This document shows, in pieces, positions 59,899-64,000 of a stretch of 64,000 nucleotides of DNA; the stretch's first letter is position 1; the number at the start of each line of letters is the position of its first letter. This DNA comes from Eledone cirrhosa. Taxonomy: Eukaryota. Below the pieces are notes generated by a model. The model saw nothing but the letters and a program-made list of their open reading frames with translations. It was not told the DNA's origin and searched no databases. Position numbers and translations under genes: made by a program. Location of the stretch: the NCBI GenBank assembly GCA_964016885.1, contig OZ024755.1, positions 1,426,001-1,490,000 of the forward strand. Reading direction: 5' to 3'.

Positions 59899-62800
59899 CG
59901 TCTATTTACATTTTTAGTTTCTATCTTAAGAAACTCCATCTACATTCTTAGATTCTTTCTTTAGAAACTTGGTTTACATTCTTAGTTTCTTTTTCCGTTA
60001 TTTACATTCTATTTTAAGAAACTCCATCTACATTCTTAGTTTCTTTCGTTGGAAACTTCATCTACATTCTTAGATTCTTTCTTTAGAAACTTGGTTTACA
60101 TTCTTAGTTTCTTTTTCCGTTATTTACATTCTATTTTAAGAAACTCCATCTACATTCTTAGTTTCTTTCGTTGGAAACTTCATCTACATTCTTAGATTCT
60201 TTCTTTAGAAACTTGGTTTACATTCTTAGTTTCTTTTTCCGTTATTTACATTCTATCTTAAGAAACTCCATCTACATTCTTAGTTTCTTTCGTTGGAAAC
60301 TTCATCTACATTCTTAGATTCTTTCTTAAGAAACTCCATCTACATTCTTAGTTTCTTTCGTTGGGAACTCCATCTACATTCTTAGATTCTTTCTTTAGAA
60401 ACTTGGTTTACATTCTTAGTTTCTTTTTCCGTTATTTACATTCTATTTTAAGAAACTCCATCTACATTCTTAGTTTCTTTCGTTGGAAACTTCATCTACA
60501 TTCTTAGATTCTTTCTTTAGAAACTTGGTTTACATTCTTAGTTTCTTTTTCCGTTATTTACATTCTATCTTAAGAAACTCCATCTACATTCTTAGTTTCT
60601 TTCGTTGGAAACTTCATCTACATTCTTAGATTCTTTCTTAAGAAACTCCATCTACATTCTTAGTTTCTTTCGTTGGGAACTCCATCTACATTCTTAGATT
60701 CTTTCTTTAGAAACTTGGTTTACATTCTTAGTTTCTTTTTCCGTTATTTACATTCTATTTTAAGAAACTCCATCTACATTCTTAGTTTCTTTCGTTGGAA
60801 ACTTCATCTACATTCTTAGATTCTTTCTTTAGAAACTTGGTTTACATTCTTAGTTTCTTTTTCCGTTATTTACATTCTATTTTAAGAAACTCCATCTACA
60901 TTCTTAGTTTCTTTCGTTGGAAACTTCATCTACATTCTTAGATTCTTTCTTTAGAAACTTGGTTTACATTCTTAGTTTCTTTTTCCGTTATTTACATTCT
61001 ATCTTAAGAAACTCCATCTACATTCTTAGTTTCTTTCGTTGGAAACTTCATCTACATTCTTAGATTCTTTCTTAAGAAACTCCATCTACATTCTTAGTTT
61101 CTTTCGTTGGGAACTCCATCTACATTCTTAGATTCTTTCCCCGTTATTTACATTCTATCTTAAGAAACTCCATCTACATTCTTAGTTTCTTTCGTTGGGA
61201 ACTCCATCTACATTCTTAGATTCTTTCTTAAGAAACTCCATCTACATTCTTAGTTTCTTTCGTTGGGAACTCCATCTACATTCTTAGATTCTTTCCCCGT
61301 TATTTACATTCTATCTTAAGAAACTCCATCTACATTCTTAGTTTCTTTCGTTGGGAACTCCATCTACATTCTTAGATTCTTTCTTAAGAAACTCCATCTA
61401 CATTCTTAGTTTCTTTCGTTGGGAACTCCATCTACATTCTTAGATTCTTTCCCCGTTATTTACATTCTATCTTAAGAAACTCCATCTACATTCTTAGATT
61501 CTTCCTTTAGATACTTTATCTACATCTTTACATTCTATCTTAAGAAACTTCGTTTTTATTGTATGTAAACTTCCCCCTTTGTATTTGTCCCCCTGTGGCT
61601 AATAAAGAAACATATCTTAAGAAACTTCGTTTTTATTGTATGTAAACTTCCCCCCTTGTATTTGTGCCCCTGTGGCTAATAAAGAAACATATCTTAAGAA
61701 ACTTCGTTTTTATGGTATGTAAACTTCCCCCTTTGTATTTGTCCCCTTCTTTTGTGCCCCTGTGGCTAATAAAGAAATATATCTTAAACTTCATCTACTT
61801 TCTTTCTTTAGTTACCTCCTTTGATGTATATATATATATAATTTGTTGGGTGGAGAAGGCGTTTCCCGCCATCCTGTCCGCCGGGGCTGCGGGGAAGCCA
61901 ACACGTGGGACCCCATTTACTCACCATACCAGTGATTTAAGTCTGTTTAAGAAAACGTCGGCACATATTTGATCAACCAACTTTCATCAAATGAATAATT
62001 ATATATTCTTTTTATTGATAACGTATGTAAATGACTTTCATTTCTTTTTACAGATGTCCATCCAGCCTTCAAGTTCATATCGTCTGCTGTCTGCCGTAAC
62101 AAGTGGGAATGGCGAAGTTTCTGTTAATAAAGAAAGCTTTCATTATATTTTGACAAAAATGAATAAAGTTTACATATTATATATATATATGAATTGTGTT
62201 CATTTTATTTTAATAACAAGAAATCAAGAGTCTACAAGAAACTAAGACGTACTAAAAAGAACGTAAGTGTATATGAAGTTTCTAAATAAAGAAACTAAAA
62301 GTGTAGTTAAAGTTTCTAAAAGAAACTAAGAATGTCTTTTCAAAATGTCGAAAAAAAAATCGATATGAAAGGGTCGCCATTTTTTTAATTTTTTTTATTT
62401 CTCCACTTTAGAGACATCAGATACTCATGCATGGTTAAAGGCATGGATCGAGGAACTGATGTCGCTAAAGTGGAGAAATAAAAAAAAAAATTAACGGGGG
62501 CCCCCCCCTCTGTGATTGAACTTAAGAAAAATACTGAATAGTTGCTTCCTTTACCTTTTACAAAGAGAAGTAATAAGAAGCCATTTATTAGGCTAATCTT
62601 TTTCATACACTTAGGTGTTTTTAGTACGTCTTACTCAGTTTCTTGTAAACTCTTGATGTCTCTATTCATTTTTGTCAAAATAAGCAGAACACAATTCGTA
62701 AATAATACGTAAACTTTCTTTATTAACAGAAACTTCGCCATCAAAATAAACAGAACACAATTCGTAAATAATATGTAAACTGTCTTTATTAACAAAAACT

Positions 62801-63671
62801 TCGCCATCAAAATAAACAGCACACAATTCGTATATAATATGTAAACTGTCTTTATTAACAAACTTCGCCATTCCCACTTGTTACGGCAAATTACTTTGAA
62901 GGCTGGACATCTGTAAAAAGATCAATAAAAAGAATATTAAACTTTATAAAGTTTACCAATTTTGTCTTTTATTATATATACATTTAAATAGAGGAAACAT
63001 TTTCCTACATCAAAGGAGGTAACTAAAGAAACTAAATAATTGTTTCTACTTTAGGCACAAGGCCAGCAATTACCCAGTGCATTACTGGTACTTTATTTTA
63101 TCGACCCCGTAAGGATGAAAGGCAAAGTCAACCTCGGCGGGATTTGAACTCAGATCGTAAAGGGACTAAAGAAACTAATAATGTAGATGAGAATGTAAAT
63201 AACGAAAAAAGAAACAAAGAATGTAAACCAAGTTTCTAAGGAAAGAAACAAAGAATGTAAACCAAGTTTCTAAGGAAAGAAACAAAGAATGTAGACCAAG
63301 TTTCTAAGGAAAGAAACAAAGAATGTAAACCAAGTTTCTAAGGAAAGAAACAAAGAATGTAGACCAAGTTTCTAAGGAAAGAAACAAAGAATGTAAACCA
63401 AGTTTCTAAGGAAAGAAACAAAGAATGTAGACCAAGTTTCTAAGGAAAGAAACAAAGAATGTAGACCAAGTTTCTAAAGAAAGAATGTAAATGAAGAAAC
63501 TAAGAATGTATATGAAGTTTCTAAGGAAAGGAATAAATAATGTGAGTTTTTTTTTAAGAGAAATGTAAATGAAGAAAAAAGAAACTAGGAATGTAAACCA
63601 AGTTTCTAAAGAAAGAATCTAAGAATGTAGATGAAGTTTCCAACGAAAGAAACTAAAAATGTTAATAGACG
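59899..63671. mobile_element. ~3.8 kb foldback (palindromic) element with internal ~31-bp satellite arms
   Basis: Outer ends CGTCTATTTACATTTTTAGTTTC / GAAACTAAAAATGTTAATAGACG; satellite 59920-61550 mirrored at 63170-63660; inner arms 62040-62260 / 62618-62925; central hairpin 62385-62494. Confidence 0.75.
63036..63165 (-). mobile_element. SINE family A copy inserted in the foldback right arm
   Basis: Near-identical to part of 46613-46800; TSD ACTAAAGAAACTAA. Confidence 0.85.
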
Positions 63672-64000
63672 AAAAGTAAACAATTTTTTTTTACAAGGAA
63701 ATTATTAGCACATTGGTGTATTGTGACGAGGAGGGATTCCATTTCTGAATTTCGTTCTTTCTTTAAATTATGAAATTATATTCCTTGAAACCAACGCACT
63801 AACAATTTTCTTATGAAAATCTGTATTCCGATCGAATTATCTCCATTCATTTCATTTATTTATTTTTATCAATGAAGAAAGACCTCCGTAGAGACGACAG
63901 TTCAGCTACATCAATGACTTGATTCTTTCTCTCACTAATGTTTAGTTGGTCACTTCTGCCATCGAAAATCCATCAGGGCCGGATATTTAATTATTTCACT

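Overview
AT-rich, microsatellite- and minisatellite-dense eukaryotic (animal) DNA. The SINE/RTE repeat content is most consistent with a coleoid cephalopod, probably Octopus (inference). Host genes: (1) the last six coding exons of an F-box/WD40-type (FBXW7/Met30-SconB-like) gene on + (659-5143); (2) a complete 4-exon HDNR-domain (TEX36-like) gene on - (10666-14416), largely missed by the ORF track; (3) a single-coding-exon glycosyltransferase family 61 (EOGT/POMGNT2-like) gene on + (42482-43879); (4) a candidate NRF1/CRE promoter with a first exon near 59.3 kb. Mobile DNA: a near-intact CR1-type LINE, a near-intact RTE LINE with a PHD finger, a second degraded RTE, a full-length mariner, hAT/piggyBac/mariner MITEs, two tRNA-SINE families and a ~3.8 kb foldback palindrome. 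The most interesting signal is a set of at least five sequence-unrelated short elements. Most are inserted in (TA)n tracts and arranged as palindromes or inverted repeats, and they carry type I hammerhead ribozyme folds (Penelope pLTR/retrozyme-like). Three of them share an unusual U.U apposition at the base of stem II, and two have variant cores. Also notable: an AUG-less CR1 ORF2 entered through a G_GGA_AAC -1 slippery site, a hAT MITE carrying two convergent tRNA-like heads, and two satellites amplified independently from the same piggyBac MITE. All folds and alignments were done by eye.
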